64,000 nt of DNA from an uncultured Syntrophaceae bacterium (GCA_964564625.1 CAZMBE010000011.1:17519-81518), one strand, 5' to 3'. Shown: positions 8,486 through 19,581, numbered from the stretch's first letter. Made by a program: numbers and translations. The notes: generated by a model not told the origin, from the letters alone.

Positions 8486-9679
8486 TTACAATAATTTTAT
8501 AACGGCATTTTTTATCCGCTCCATACCCTCTTCAATTTGACTCATCGACGTGGCATAAGAAAGACGTATATGATTGTCATGACCAAAGTCAATCCCTGGT
8601 ATGACGGCGACGTTGGCTACATCCAGCAGGTATGCCGAAAAATCAGATGAATTGGATACAGCAGCCCCCCTGTATTTCTTTCCAAATATGGCAGAAACAT
8701 CAGGAAAAACATAAAAAGCTCCTTGGGGTAGCATGCAGGTGATACCCTGGATGTCATTCAGCATTTCTACAATTGTTCCTCTTCTTTTTCCGAATTCCTC
8801 AACCATTTCTCCCACACTCTCCTGTGGTCCATTTAACGCTTCCACCGCAGCCTTTTGCGCGATTGATGTGGGATTTGAGGTATTCTGGCTCTGGAGTTTT
8901 GCGATCGCATCCATAATCTCTTCCGGACCAGCTGCATATCCGATTCTCCATCCGGTCATTGAATATGTTTTGGATACCCCGTTGACTACCACAGTCATAT
9001 TTTTCAAATCCTCACTTAGGGATGCCATGTTTTTAAATATCGCTTCGTCGTAAATAATTTTCTCATAAATGTCATCCGATATTATTAGCACTCCTTTTTC
9101 AATAACGACTTCGGCCAGGGCTTTCAGTTCGGAAGAGGAATATACAACGCCTGCCGGGTTCGACGGACTGTTTATGATAACTGCTTTTGTCCTTCCGGTT
9201 ATTGCGGATTCCAACTGCTTCGGCAGCATTTTAAAACCCTGCGTTTCACTGGTCTTGACAACAACCGGCTTCGCGCCTGAGAGAATGACCATGTCGAGAT
9301 AAGATACCCAGTAGGGAGAGGGAATTATAACCTCGTCGCCTTCTTCACAAAGCACCTGTATAATATTGTAGAGGGTGTGTTTCGCCCCGCACGATACAAC
9401 AATTTGTGACCTGTTGTAGGTTAATTGATTGTCCCTGGACAGCTTAAGAATGATTGCGTCTTTCAATTCGGCAATCCCATCAACAGGCGTATATTTTGTA
9501 AATCCCTCTTCAATCGCCTTTATGGCTGCCATTTTGATGTGTAAAGGGGTGTCAAAATCAGGCTCTCCAGCGCCAAAACCGATTATGTTCCTGCCCTCAG
9601 CCTTTAAAGCATTGGCCTTACTAGTAATGGCCAGTGTCGGCGATGGCTTTATCAACGATATTCTTGATGACAATTTCAT
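8486..9679 (-). CDS. Aspartate aminotransferase (PLP-dependent, class I)
   Basis: 397 aa. SRISLIKPSPTLAITSKANALKAEGRNIIGFGAGEPDFDTP, INSPSNPAG and the PLP-lysine motif SKTYSMTGWRIGY. Confidence 0.9.
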   Translation of the reverse strand: MKLSSRISLIKPSPTLAITSKANALKAEGRNIIGFGAGEPDFDTPLHIKMAAIKAIEEGFTKYTPVDGIAELKDAIILKLSRDNQLTYNRSQIVVSCGAKHTLYNIIQVLCEEGDEVIIPSPYWVSYLDMVILSGAKPVVVKTSETQGFKMLPKQLESAITGRTKAVIINSPSNPAGVVYSSSELKALAEVVIEKGVLIISDDIYEKIIYDEAIFKNMASLSEDLKNMTVVVNGVSKTYSMTGWRIGYAAGPEEIMDAIAKLQSQNTSNPTSIAQKAAVEALNGPQESVGEMVEEFGKRRGTIVEMLNDIQGITCMLPQGAFYVFPDVSAIFGKKYRGAAVSNSSDFSAYLLDVANVAVIPGIDFGHDNHIRLSYATSMSQIEEGMERIKNAVIKLL

Positions 9680-10176
9680 AATTTTCTATCTCTTAGTTTA
9701 TATTTATCCTTTAACTTCCTACAGACTATATCCGGGACCAATCCCTGTACAGAACCACCTAAACTGGCTGCTTCCTTAATTATCTGAGAACTTGTAAAAA
9801 ACCATTCGTAACTGGTCATAAGGAATACAGTTTCAACATCTCTGTTTAGTCTTCTGTTTATGAGTGCAAGCTGAAATTCATATTCAAAGTCCGAAAGCGC
9901 TCTCAAACCTCTCAAGATAATGTTCGAATCTGATTTCTTGACATAATCAACAAGAAGCCCCGCATAGCTATCAACTCTCACCGTCTCATAATCTTTAATC
10001 ACTTCTGATATCATTTCCATTCTCTCTTCCACAGAAAAGAGGTGAGCTGGTTTATTTGGGTTATATGCAATGAGAACGATGATCTCATCAAACATCCTAG
10101 ATCCTCTTTTGATAAGATCAATATGGCCGTTGGTAATAGGATCAAATGAACCCGGATATACGGCTTTTTTTTTCAT
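9676..10176 (-). CDS. coaD: Phosphopantetheine adenylyltransferase
   Basis: 166 aa. AVYPGSFDPITNGHIDLIKR (T/HxGH motif). ATGA overlaps at both ends. Confidence 0.95.
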   Translation of the reverse strand: MKKKAVYPGSFDPITNGHIDLIKRGSRMFDEIIVLIAYNPNKPAHLFSVEERMEMISEVIKDYETVRVDSYAGLLVDYVKKSDSNIILRGLRALSDFEYEFQLALINRRLNRDVETVFLMTSYEWFFTSSQIIKEAASLGGSVQGLVPDIVCRKLKDKYKLRDRKL

Positions 10177-10748
10177 ATATGTGTTCCTTTTTCCTTTACA
10201 GTTCTAGTAAAAAAAGAGAGAAGTGTATCACCATATTTTCTCTGATCTGTTAACACAAAAATACCTGTTTGTGTTCCCTCCATATTTTCCCTTATTGAAT
10301 GTTGGATAACAACAAATCCATCTGAAGAAATCATTTCTCCTTCACGTATGCATTGGAATATTTCTCTGATGCATCCTTTTTCGTATGGTGGATCGGCAAA
10401 CAGGTAATCAAATCTTTCTCCTCTTTTTTGGAGTTGTCGAATACCTTTTGATGCCTCTGTTGCAAGGATTTCATATTTGCCGCTGAAGCCAAATTCCTCA
10501 AGGTTCCTCTTTATTGAATTTACCATAGAAGCATTTTTTTCAATAAAAACAACCTTTGAAGCACCCCGGCTGAGTGCTTCTATTCCTACATTCCCCGTAC
10601 CTGCAAAAAGATCAAGGAATGACTTTTCAGAAACTTCCGGAAGTATATTGAAAAGCGATTCCTTGATCCCGTCAGAGGTAGGTCTTATTTTGCTTCTTTT
10701 GGGTGAATGGATTCGTCTTCCTTTCGCATCACCTCCAATAATTCTCAT
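10173..10748 (-). CDS. rsmD: 16S rRNA (guanine966-N2)-methyltransferase RsmD
   Basis: MRIIGGDAKGRRI...RPTSDGIKESLFNIL and FADPPY motifs. Start placed at the internal ATG 10748, which forms an ATGA overlap with the asd stop. The track ORF extends to 10829 inside asd. Confidence 0.88.
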   Translation of the reverse strand: MRIIGGDAKGRRIHSPKRSKIRPTSDGIKESLFNILPEVSEKSFLDLFAGTGNVGIEALSRGASKVVFIEKNASMVNSIKRNLEEFGFSGKYEILATEASKGIRQLQKRGERFDYLFADPPYEKGCIREIFQCIREGEMISSDGFVVIQHSIRENMEGTQTGIFVLTDQRKYGDTLLSFFTRTVKEKGTHI

Positions 10749-11761
10749 AAATAATCTCTTATGAGAATCTCTGCTATTTGAACGGCATTCAGTGCGGCGC
10801 CTTTCCTCACATTGTCTGAGACGATCCACATGTTGATGCCGTTTTTTATCGATTCATCTTCTCTTATCCTTCCTACAAATGTCTCATCTTTACCAGCTGC
10901 ATCAATGGCAAGAGGATATTTATTTATATGTACGTCATCCACAACCCTTATTCCAGGTGCCTTCGAAAGTATGCTTCTCACCTGCTCCGCGGTAATCTTT
11001 TTTTCCGTTTCGATATTTACGGATTCAGAATGCCCGTATAAAACAGGAACTCTCACAGTAGTAGCAGTCACAGCAACAGACGTATCATTAAAAATTTTTT
11101 TTGTTTCGTTCACCATTTTCATTTCTTCTTTTGTGTAGCCATTTTCCATAAAGACATCGATATGCGGCATGCAGTTGAATGCGATTCTGTGTGGATACAC
11201 TTTCACTTCTGGTTCCCGGCTGCTTAAAAGAGCCTTTGTCTGCTCAATCAACTCCTCAATGGCTTTTTTTCCTGTCCCCGATACAGCCTGATACGTTGAT
11301 ACCACAATGCGTTTAATCTTCACTGCGTCATGCAGAGGCTTAAGAGCTACTACCATCTGAATTGTTGAACAGTTCGGATTCGCGATTATCCCTCTATTCT
11401 TGTACATCCCGATTGTTTCGGGATTAACCTCCGGCACTACCAACGGGATATCAGTCTCCATTCTGAATGCACTTGTGTTATCAATTACAACACATCCGGC
11501 TTCTGCAGCAATGGGGGCAAATCTCTTACTGATATTACCACCCGCCGAAAAAAGCCCTATATGTATCCCGGAAAACGATCTCTCGTTTAGCACCTGTACG
11601 GGGAGAAACTCACCATTAAATTTCAGATTTTTTCCGATGGATCGTTCCGAAGCAAGAAGTGTTAAACGGTTCAATGGAAAATTTCTCTCTTCCAGAATCT
11701 TCACCATTTCATTTCCAACGGCGCCTGTAGCACCCACTACTGCAACATGATAAGCACCCAT
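10745..11761 (-). CDS. asd: Aspartate-semialdehyde dehydrogenase
   Basis: 338 aa. VAVVGATGAVGNEM Rossmann motif and the active-site region IANPNCSTIQMVVALKPL. Confidence 0.95.
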   Translation of the reverse strand: MGAYHVAVVGATGAVGNEMVKILEERNFPLNRLTLLASERSIGKNLKFNGEFLPVQVLNERSFSGIHIGLFSAGGNISKRFAPIAAEAGCVVIDNTSAFRMETDIPLVVPEVNPETIGMYKNRGIIANPNCSTIQMVVALKPLHDAVKIKRIVVSTYQAVSGTGKKAIEELIEQTKALLSSREPEVKVYPHRIAFNCMPHIDVFMENGYTKEEMKMVNETKKIFNDTSVAVTATTVRVPVLYGHSESVNIETEKKITAEQVRSILSKAPGIRVVDDVHINKYPLAIDAAGKDETFVGRIREDESIKNGINMWIVSDNVRKGAALNAVQIAEILIRDYL

Positions 11762-11848
11762 GAAATTATCCTTCTCTGCTTATTTTACTATCTAGAAACT
11801 TTTAAAACACTCTCAGTGGAAATTTTACAAAAGCAAAGGTTACTGTTG

Positions 11849-12640
11849 TTATTTTTTCAGCAACCGATCCATCTGAAACCGAATACCCTTAGATTTCAAC
11901 TCTGTATATAACCTTTTCCCCACTTTCATGATCATCCATGTCGGTCCGGATAGACTATAACCAAACGCAAAAGTAAACATCATGATCTGTGGCTCTGCAA
12001 TAACGATAACCATGATGAATACAATAAGTACAAAAGACATGAAAGGTTTTCGGGAAAAAAAGTTGAGGTCTTTAAAGCTGTAATATTTGATACTGCTAAT
12101 CATCAGTAATGAGAGAGCGACAACGATAATCAATATGGACAGGTTGTTAAATGTACCTTTTCCCCCAAGATAGTAAAAAAGTAATACCCCGGTGGCAACA
12201 ACAGCGGCTGCACCCGGTATTGGAAGCCCATTAAAAACCTTGCTGTCAATTAAGCCTATCTGAACATTGAATCTCGCCAGCCGTAAGGCTCCACAAAACA
12301 CGAAAAGAAATGCTGCAAGCCAGCCCCATTTGCCGAATGTTGACAGCGCCCATGTATAGGTGAGGATTGCAGGTGCAACACCGAACGCCACAAGGTCAGA
12401 CAGGGAATCGTACTCTGATCCGAATTTGCTCGTCGTGTTCGTCATCCTCGCTATTCTGCCATCCAAGCCGTCCAGAACAAAAGCAATCAGAATAGGCACA
12501 GCGGCATACCAATACTCCCCTTTCATGGAGGCGATTATAGAATAAAAACCGCAAAAAAGGCTTCCCGTTGTAAAGAGATTGGGTAACAAATAAATTCCTT
12601 TTTTCATACGTTCTCTTTTAGATGTTGCATGCTTTTTCAT
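11849..12640 (-). CDS. pssA: CDP-diacylglycerol--serine O-phosphatidyltransferase
   Basis: CDP-alcohol phosphotransferase motif DGLDGRIARMTNTTSKFGSEYDSLSDLV and multiple TM segments. The ATG at 12640 gives an ATGA overlap with the psd stop and has AGGGTGG upstream. An alternative GTG start lies at 12649. Confidence 0.9.
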   Translation of the reverse strand: MKKHATSKRERMKKGIYLLPNLFTTGSLFCGFYSIIASMKGEYWYAAVPILIAFVLDGLDGRIARMTNTTSKFGSEYDSLSDLVAFGVAPAILTYTWALSTFGKWGWLAAFLFVFCGALRLARFNVQIGLIDSKVFNGLPIPGAAAVVATGVLLFYYLGGKGTFNNLSILIIVVALSLLMISSIKYYSFKDLNFFSRKPFMSFVLIVFIMVIVIAEPQIMMFTFAFGYSLSGPTWMIMKVGKRLYTELKSKGIRFQMDRLLKK

Positions 12641-13278
12641 TTTAGCCACCCTATTTGAGTCTCTCCCGCCCTTACCTTATCACCAATCTTGACTGATATT
12701 GTAGAATCGGAAGGAAGATAGACTTCTAATCGTGAACCGAATCTGATAAGACCAAATCTCTCGCCTTTCAATACATGCATCCCCTCTTTTACCCAGCATT
12801 CAATCCTTCTTGCTATTAATCCCGCGACCTGTACCGTGAGAATTTCCTTCCCGTCATTTGTATGAATAAGAATAGAATTTCTTTCATTAAGGTTCGATGC
12901 TTTATCCAGGTTGGCGGAAAAAAAACTCCCCGTGTTATAGTGAATTCTCCCTATCTTTCCGTCACAAGGTATCCGGTTGACATGGACGTTAAACACATTC
13001 ATAAATATACTGATTTTCTTCGCTGGAGCTTTAAGAAAATCGTTTTCTGAAATATCTTCTATCTTTATGATTTCCCCATCTGCTGGAGATATCACTGATT
13101 TTGTATTATCAGGTGTCCTTCGCTCTGGATTTCTAAAAAACCAGGTTACAAAAATCGTAGCAATAAAAAATGTGAATGCAATTCCCTTGAAACCGAAAAA
13201 GAAAAAAATGACGGTGAGAATACATAGCGGAATGATGAATGGAAGGCCTTCACGTACTATTATGGTATTATGATTCAT
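12637..13278 (-). CDS. psd: Phosphatidylserine decarboxylase proenzyme (short, archaetidylserine-decarboxylase-like type)
   Basis: IIVREGLPFI N-terminus, NVHVNRIPCDG, and the self-cleavage motif FGS (RFGSRLEV). Start uncertain; in-frame ATGs at 13278, 13308 and 13335. Confidence 0.85.
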   Translation of the reverse strand: MNHNTIIVREGLPFIIPLCILTVIFFFFGFKGIAFTFFIATIFVTWFFRNPERRTPDNTKSVISPADGEIIKIEDISENDFLKAPAKKISIFMNVFNVHVNRIPCDGKIGRIHYNTGSFFSANLDKASNLNERNSILIHTNDGKEILTVQVAGLIARRIECWVKEGMHVLKGERFGLIRFGSRLEVYLPSDSTISVKIGDKVRAGETQIGWLK

Positions 13279-13294
13279 ATCCTTTATTGTAAGA

Positions 13295-13537
13295 CTACCT
13301 TGAGCCATTAAACGCAGCATTACGGTATCTGGCAAGGATTCTGAAAATCTGCTCCTTCCCCCGAAGTTTCCTTTTCTGTAAATTCTTCTTTTCTATTTCC
13401 TCTTCTGCCGTCAAATAAATACGTTTGTTAAAATTCTCAAGATGAGCTTCGAGTTTTTCATGATCTTCCACGTACTTTCTTAGCTCTTCATCCTCATCAA
13501 TATATTTCTTGATCAAGAGCTCGTCGGCTTCTTCCAT
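13295..13537 (-). CDS. Small coiled-coil protein, DUF465/YdcH-like
   Basis: 80 aa. The pattern EELRKYVEDHEKLEAHLENFNKRIYLTAEEEIEKKNLQKRKLRGKEQI is typical of the YdcH/DUF465 family. Confidence 0.6.
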   Translation of the reverse strand: MEEADELLIKKYIDEDEELRKYVEDHEKLEAHLENFNKRIYLTAEEEIEKKNLQKRKLRGKEQIFRILARYRNAAFNGSR

Positions 13538-13628
13538 GTACGGTACCTCCCCTTCGTGTTTCTATATTAAATAAAGACACTTGTCAACAGTTCATATGCA
13601 TGGCCACTGTGAATATTCTTACTGATTG

Positions 13629-14315
13629 CTATAGTGACAGTTTTATCTCCGCTTCTGAGGAACGCAGATACCGAGGTGCAAAGGTAATGGGATTTAATAT
13701 ATCTCCTTTATGATACTTTTCCCGCCCTAAAAGGCCAACTATCGCTGCTCTCACATGCTGATGCGCATGATACGCGAAGTATGATTTCCCTGGCAACGCA
13801 TCGGCAATAAGTTTAGCATATCTTAATGCTCCATCGCCTACAAATATTGTCTTGTCATCTATATACTGTAAAAAATCCTTCACATGAGTAATTCTTTCAC
13901 TTTCTTTTTTTTCCAATATATTTTCTGGTTCAGTTCTGTAGAGTGCTGTATACACCTGGTCTTTTTGCGCATCCAGCATAGGGCACACGTACATTTCTGA
14001 GCCGGCCAGATTATATGCCAGTGCATCAAGTGTCGATACACCAACAATGGGTCTGCCTGCCGCAAGGGCAAGCCCCTTTATGGTACTTGCCCCCACTCGA
14101 AGTCCCGTAAATGATCCTGGCCCTATGGTACATACAAACAGATCTATCTTACCTATGCCTACATTTGAAATGCTGCATAAATTAGATAATACAGGTAATA
14201 TTACAAGGGAATGGTTTACGCCCAGACAAACGGTACTTTCATAGAGTATTTCAGTATTTTTGAGAAGCGCAATACTAGCTGATTTTGTAGAAGTATCAAT
14301 TGATAAAATTAACAT
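13629..14315 (-). CDS. tsaB: tRNA t6A biosynthesis protein TsaB (YeaZ)
   Basis: 228 aa. [20 protein letters not shown] and [19 protein letters not shown] motifs. Confidence 0.9.
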   Translation of the reverse strand: MLILSIDTSTKSASIALLKNTEILYESTVCLGVNHSLVILPVLSNLCSISNVGIGKIDLFVCTIGPGSFTGLRVGASTIKGLALAAGRPIVGVSTLDALAYNLAGSEMYVCPMLDAQKDQVYTALYRTEPENILEKKESERITHVKDFLQYIDDKTIFVGDGALRYAKLIADALPGKSYFAYHAHQHVRAAIVGLLGREKYHKGDILNPITFAPRYLRSSEAEIKLSL

Positions 14316-14317
14316 TG

Positions 14318-15418
14318 TTATCGTGAAAAAATTTTATTGATATTGTCAAAACTCAGATTCAATCTTTCAATATCAATAATGAAGACAAATAACATGAGGA
14401 TAACCAAGAGAACAAAGCCAATCTGTTGAGCCATCTCTCTCCATTTAATATTAATTTCTTTACCTGTAATAATTTCTATGAAAAAGAATAAAAGATGTCC
14501 TCCATCAAGGATGGGAATAGGAAAAAGATTGAGAATGGCAAGATTGATGCTCAATAATGCCATGAAGAAAACAAATGGTATTATACCTTCCTTGACTTGC
14601 GCTCCTGCAATCTGCGCGATGAGAATTGGCCCACCTAAAGTTTTAGGAGAAATAGCACCTTCAAATATTTTAATTACGCTTAGCACCGTCAATTTACTGA
14701 TGTTCCATGTTTGCTTCAAACCTGTCCAAAATGCCATCAATGGATTCATACTCTCTGTTACCGTATGTTGTGACGAAGGACTTACACCTATCTTATAAGA
14801 TTCGATATCTTCACCGAAAATATTCTGTGTCTTTAACATTCTTGGTTTCAAGGAGACATCTCTTGTTAACTCATCCCTCTTTATAGTGACACGTAACTCC
14901 TTACCTTCACTTTTACTAATACGCTCGGCAAGTATCTCCCATCGGGTTATCTTTTTTCCATCGATCGCAACAATCATGTCTCCTTCCCTTATACCGGCGT
15001 CAAATGCGGAAGACCCCTCCTGAACACCACCAATATGGGTAGTTAGTGTCGGAACACCTATCATATAAACAATAGTAAAAATCACAATGGCGAGGAGAAA
15101 ATTAAAGATCGGGCCGGCGGCAACAATGGCTATTCTTTTTGAGACCGGCTGTTTCAGGAAAGATCTTTTTTTGTCCTCTTCCGAAAGCTCGTCATCTTGC
15201 GACTCTCCCAGCAGTTTGACATAGCCTCCTAAAGGTATCAGTGAAATAAGATACTCCGTTTCTCCTATCTTTTTCCCTATCAATCTGGGTCCAAATCCAA
15301 GGGAAAATTTCAGCACACCGACACCCGAATACTTCGCAACAAGGAAATGACCCACCTCATGTGCGAAGATGAGAACACCCAGCAACACTATGAGAGATAT
15401 TATGCTTATACCTAACAC
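14318..15418 (-). CDS. rseP: RIP zinc metalloprotease RseP (site-2 protease)
   Basis: 366 aa. HEVGHF zinc motif in the first TM segment, a central PDZ ([13 protein letters not shown]), and a C-terminal [13 protein letters not shown] motif. Confidence 0.93.
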   Translation of the reverse strand: MLGISIISLIVLLGVLIFAHEVGHFLVAKYSGVGVLKFSLGFGPRLIGKKIGETEYLISLIPLGGYVKLLGESQDDELSEEDKKRSFLKQPVSKRIAIVAAGPIFNFLLAIVIFTIVYMIGVPTLTTHIGGVQEGSSAFDAGIREGDMIVAIDGKKITRWEILAERISKSEGKELRVTIKRDELTRDVSLKPRMLKTQNIFGEDIESYKIGVSPSSQHTVTESMNPLMAFWTGLKQTWNISKLTVLSVIKIFEGAISPKTLGGPILIAQIAGAQVKEGIIPFVFFMALLSINLAILNLFPIPILDGGHLLFFFIEIITGKEINIKWREMAQQIGFVLLVILMLFVFIIDIERLNLSFDNINKIFSR

Positions 15419-16584
15419 GATACTATATTTATCCTTTCAATAAATTTCTCTGTGCAATTTCTTGCCCATTTATCTGCTTCAATTATTTTCCCGAGGGTAG
15501 GAGATTCCTCAACTTGATGACAGGATAATGCATCTCCGATTAATTTTGATATATCCGTGAATCGTATTTTCCCCTTTAAAAATGCATCAACGGCAACCTC
15601 GTTTGCCGCGTTCATAACCGCTGGCATAGTTCCTCCTGTTTTCCCTGCGTTAATGGCAAGCCTCAGGTTAGGGAATTTTTCCACGTCGGGTGGGAGGAAT
15701 TCGAATGCATCAACCTTCAATAAATCAAGGGAAGGACCACGATTGATAATTCTTTCTGGAAAAGAAAGGGCATACGCAATGGGAATCCTCATATCCGGGA
15801 CGCTGAGTTGCGCCATTATCGTTCCGTCGATAAATTCCACCATGGAATGGACAACGCTTTGCGGATGAATAAGGACATCGATATTCTCCATATCAACATT
15901 AAATAACCATCTTGCCTCAATGATTTCAAGGCCTTTGTTCATCATGGTGGCAGAATCGATGGTAATTTTTCGTCCCATCCTCCAGCATGGGTGTTTCAAT
16001 GCATCAGCAGGTTTTACACCTGCAAGTTCATCCTTAGATAGATGGAGAAATGGCCCTCCCGATGCAGTGAGAATAATTTTTTTAATATAACCCGCCTTCT
16101 GGCCTGTAATACATTGAAATATCGCATTATGCTCGCTGTCAACAGGTAATATTTTTACATTCTTTTCTCGGGCTTTATCAACAACGAGTGGTCCTGCCAT
16201 AACCAATACTTCCTTATTCGCGAGGGCAATGTCTTTTCCTGCTTCAATAGCTTCGATAGTCGGCATAAGACCTGCCGAACCTACCATGGAGGATATTACC
16301 ATATGAGCGTCCTTTATGGATGCCACTTCACGATACCCGTCTTCTCCGAACAGTATCTTGACCCCTGCAGAAGGATTTAAATTTTTCTTTAATTCTCGTG
16401 CATGGTCCTCGTCAATGACCGATGCGACCTGCGGCCTGAACTTATCAATTTGTTGCGTGAGTAGACCAATATTTGTACATGCCGAAAGTGCAACAACATT
16501 AAAACGGTCAGGGTTGTTTCCTATAACATCTAATGCACTTACTCCGATAGACCCCGTTGATCCAAGGATAGATATATTCTTCAT
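15412..16584 (-). CDS. dxr: 1-deoxy-D-xylulose 5-phosphate reductoisomerase
   Basis: MKNISILGSTGSIGVSALDV N-terminus, and PVDSEHNAIFQC and NKGLEIIEA motifs. Start set at ATG 16584 (ATGA overlap with the cdsA stop). The track ORF extends to 16638. Confidence 0.93.
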   Translation of the reverse strand: MKNISILGSTGSIGVSALDVIGNNPDRFNVVALSACTNIGLLTQQIDKFRPQVASVIDEDHARELKKNLNPSAGVKILFGEDGYREVASIKDAHMVISSMVGSAGLMPTIEAIEAGKDIALANKEVLVMAGPLVVDKAREKNVKILPVDSEHNAIFQCITGQKAGYIKKIILTASGGPFLHLSKDELAGVKPADALKHPCWRMGRKITIDSATMMNKGLEIIEARWLFNVDMENIDVLIHPQSVVHSMVEFIDGTIMAQLSVPDMRIPIAYALSFPERIINRGPSLDLLKVDAFEFLPPDVEKFPNLRLAINAGKTGGTMPAVMNAANEVAVDAFLKGKIRFTDISKLIGDALSCHQVEESPTLGKIIEADKWARNCTEKFIERINIVSC

Positions 16585-17387
16585 ACTAGTATAAAAAGTT
16601 TGTAGTAGTACACAAATGGTGCAATAAATATTAAGCAATCAAGCCTGTCAAGCAATCCCCCGTGTCCAATAAGAAATGAACCGGAATCCTTAACTCCGGA
16701 GGCTCTTTTTATCATTGATTCACTGAGATCACCCAGTTGTCCTAAAATACCTCCCAAAAGTCCGATTATCACTGCATGAACAACAGGAAGCGTCGGATAG
16801 AATACATAGCGGAATACTACGCATCCCGCAACACACCCCATAAACAAGGCAATTGTTCCTTCTACTGTTTTCCCAGGACTTACCACAGGAAGGAGCTTTT
16901 TCTTTCCCATCATTCTCCCTATATAAAATGCCGCAATGTCTCCGGAGAATGCAACGACAAGAATAAGAAAAATCCATACAATCCCGTCATCGGTTTTCCT
17001 CATTAAGATGAAATGCGACAACATAAAAGGTATATACATAACACCCAACACAATCCTGCATAAAGGAGATGTATCAAGAGTGTGAATGTTAATCCTGAGC
17101 AGAAACAAAACGAACACGCCTAGAACGGAAAATGCAATGACGGCGAGAATGATACGAAAATCACCTGAAAATGCAGCAACAGGAAGCAAGAGCGCGACAG
17201 CCAATCCTTCCCATTTTTCCCATGAGGATTCCTCATTAAACATCATCCTGTTGTATTCAAATACGGCCCCGAGAATTATAAAGGTAATAAAACCAGCAAA
17301 TAACCCCTCAGAACCGTACAATATAACGGAGATCAATATAGGTACAGCGATAATTCCGGTGATCCATCTCTTTATATGAGGACTCAT
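16581..17387 (-). CDS. cdsA: Phosphatidate cytidylyltransferase
   Basis: 268 aa, polytopic membrane protein. C-terminal signature SMIKRASGVKDSGSFLIGHGGLLDRLD. Confidence 0.92.
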   Translation of the reverse strand: MSPHIKRWITGIIAVPILISVILYGSEGLFAGFITFIILGAVFEYNRMMFNEESSWEKWEGLAVALLLPVAAFSGDFRIILAVIAFSVLGVFVLFLLRINIHTLDTSPLCRIVLGVMYIPFMLSHFILMRKTDDGIVWIFLILVVAFSGDIAAFYIGRMMGKKKLLPVVSPGKTVEGTIALFMGCVAGCVVFRYVFYPTLPVVHAVIIGLLGGILGQLGDLSESMIKRASGVKDSGSFLIGHGGLLDRLDCLIFIAPFVYYYKLFILV

Positions 17388-18145
17388 CCTATATCTGATC
17401 CACCTCTTTGTAGCTGGTCACTTGTTAATCCGAATCTCCTCTCTCTCCGTTGAAAATCAGCAATTGCCTCCATAAGATGCTTCCGCCTGAAATCAGGCCA
17501 GAGGACATCAGTAAAATAAAGCTCTGTATACGCGGTTTGCCATAACAGAAAGTTACTCAACCTGTATTCTCCACTTGTTCTTATCAGCAGGTCAGGATCG
17601 GGAATTTCTCCGGTATATAAATACCGAGAGAAGAGTTCTTTGGTGATATTTTGCGGAGTAATATTACCATTTTTACTCTCTTTCATGATCTCCTTAACGG
17701 CCTCAATAATTTCATCCCTCCCACCATAGCTTAACGCGAGATTGAGAACCATTCCTCTGTTCTGAGAAGTCTTTTCCATTGCTTCATTCAGTATTTTTCT
17801 TACAGAATCTTGTAACGCTCCAATATGACCAATAGCGGTCAAACGAATATCATGTTTCATCATAACTGGAATTTCTGATCGAAGGTATTCTTGCAGTAAT
17901 TCCATCAATGCATCCACTTCTTCTCGAGGACGAAGCCAATTCTCTACAGAAAAAGCATACAGCGTAAGGTATTGTATGCCTAATTCCCGACACACCCTCA
18001 CGGTAATCTTTACCGATTTCGCACCTTTTCTATGTCCGGATATCCTTCCAAGAGTGTGTTTTTCCGCCCATCTGCCATTACCATCCATAATTATAGCAAT
18101 GTGCCGGGGGAGATTCTTTTGATCGATTTTTTTCATGAAAGACAC
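17384..18145 (-). CDS. uppS: Undecaprenyl diphosphate synthase (cis-isoprenyl transferase)
   Basis: PRHIAIIMDGNGRWA, FSVENWLRP and RTSGEYRLSNFLLWQ motifs. GTG start at 18145. Confidence 0.95.
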   Translation of the reverse strand: MSFMKKIDQKNLPRHIAIIMDGNGRWAEKHTLGRISGHRKGAKSVKITVRVCRELGIQYLTLYAFSVENWLRPREEVDALMELLQEYLRSEIPVMMKHDIRLTAIGHIGALQDSVRKILNEAMEKTSQNRGMVLNLALSYGGRDEIIEAVKEIMKESKNGNITPQNITKELFSRYLYTGEIPDPDLLIRTSGEYRLSNFLLWQTAYTELYFTDVLWPDFRRKHLMEAIADFQRRERRFGLTSDQLQRGGSDIG

Positions 18146-18183
18146 AATTCTTTTTTCTATATACCAATAATTATTAATAATCT

Positions 18184-18212
18184 AAATTATCACAACATAA
18201 GGTAATTATCAA
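18184..18212 (-). promoter_or_regulatory. Candidate sigma70-type promoter for the uppS-cdsA-dxr-rseP operon
   Basis: The minus strand reads TTGATA (18212-18207), a 17-nt spacer, then TAATTT (18189-18184). It sits between the frr terminator and the uppS start. Sequence match only. Confidence 0.35.
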
Positions 18213-18240
18213 GTCACGCAAAGGTATTTGTCCATGCCAT

Positions 18241-18267
18241 AAACAAATAAGGAGCCCAGAGGCTCCT
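18241..18267 (-). terminator. Rho-independent terminator downstream of frr
   Basis: 7-bp stem aggagcc (18250-18256) / ggctcct (18261-18267) with a 4-nt loop. On the minus strand it is followed by tatttgttt. About 35 nt after the frr stop. Confidence 0.55.
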
Positions 18268-18301
18268 CACTATATATTCATTATTCTTCATAAAATTAAA
18301 T

Positions 18302-18859
18302 TTATATTTCCATGATTTCTTTTTCCTTGGAAGCAAGGATACCGTCAGTTCTTTCTATATATTTATCAGTTATCTCCTGGACTTCTTCTTGATACGCATA
18401 GAATTCGTCTTCGGAAATATCATTATCTTTCTTCATGGTTTTAAGATTATCATTCGCATCTCTTCTTGCGTTTCGAAGGTTGATTTTACATTCCTCTGCC
18501 AGTCTTTTTACAACTTTTACGAGCTCCTTCCTTCGTTCTTCTGTCAGAGAAGGAATCGAAATTCGTATCAGCTTTCCATCGTTTGTCGGATTTAAACCAA
18601 GGTCAGATTTTTGTATAGCCTTTTCAACACTCCCTATGACACTGCTATCCCAAGGGGATATGACGATCAGCCGACTCTCAGGTATAGACAGTGTTGCAAC
18701 CTGATTTAGTGGTGTGGGAACACCGTAGTATTCTACTTTTATTCCATCAAGAAGCGATAATGATGCCCTCCCTGTTCTCACCTTATTCAAAGATTTTTCA
18801 AAAGCGCGGATGGCTTTATCCATTCCATCTTTCAATTCATCAAAAACTAGTTCCTTCAT
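18302..18859 (-). CDS. frr: Ribosome recycling factor
   Basis: 185 aa. KVRTGRASLSLLDGIKVEYYGVPTPLNQVA and LNPTNDGKLIRISIPSLTEERRKELVK. Confidence 0.96.
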   Translation of the reverse strand: MKELVFDELKDGMDKAIRAFEKSLNKVRTGRASLSLLDGIKVEYYGVPTPLNQVATLSIPESRLIVISPWDSSVIGSVEKAIQKSDLGLNPTNDGKLIRISIPSLTEERRKELVKVVKRLAEECKINLRNARRDANDNLKTMKKDNDISEDEFYAYQEEVQEITDKYIERTDGILASKEKEIMEI

Positions 18860-18862
18860 CTT

Positions 18863-19579
18863 CTATGCCCTGACAATTGTTCCCACGGATCTTCCACATA
18901 TTACACGTTTGATGTTACCATTTTTTTGCAAGTTAAATATTATAATAGGGAGATTATTTTCTCTGCAAAGAGAAATAGCGGTTGCATCCATCACTTTGAG
19001 ATGTCTGGTTAATACATCATTATAACAAATCTCAGGAAACATTACAGCATCACTGTGTTTAATGGGATCTTTGTCGTAGACACCGTCTACTTTAGTAGCC
19101 TTCAAAATGACATCAGACTTTATCTCTATCGCCCTTAATGAAGCGGCGGTATCTGTGGTAAAGTATGGGTTACCAGTGCCGCCGGCAAATATCACAACTC
19201 TTCCTTTTTCCAAATGGCGAATTGCCCTCCTTTGAATAAAAGGTTCAGCAACTTCTTTCATTTCTATGGCCGATAAAACTCTGGTAATAACACCCAATTG
19301 CTCCATTGAGCTCTGAAGCGCGATGCTGTTTATTACCGTGGCGAGCATTCCCATATAATCCGCGGAAATCCGATCCATACCTCTTAGGTTGGCTTCCAGG
19401 CCACGAAAAATATTGCCTCCACCAACTACGATACCCAACTGCACACCGAGGTTAACAACTTCCTTGATTTCCTGGCTGATGCTTGATATGGCGTCAATAT
19501 CGATCCCATAGGAACTCTTCCCCATAAGAACTTCGCCACTTAGTTTTAAAAGAACTCTCTTATAAATAGTTTGATCCAT
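18863..19579 (-). CDS. pyrH: UMP kinase
   Basis: 238 aa. [21 protein letters not shown] and [23 protein letters not shown]. Confidence 0.96.
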   Translation of the reverse strand: MDQTIYKRVLLKLSGEVLMGKSSYGIDIDAISSISQEIKEVVNLGVQLGIVVGGGNIFRGLEANLRGMDRISADYMGMLATVINSIALQSSMEQLGVITRVLSAIEMKEVAEPFIQRRAIRHLEKGRVVIFAGGTGNPYFTTDTAASLRAIEIKSDVILKATKVDGVYDKDPIKHSDAVMFPEICYNDVLTRHLKVMDATAISLCRENNLPIIIFNLQKNGNIKRVICGRSVGTIVRA

Positions 19580-19581
19580 TT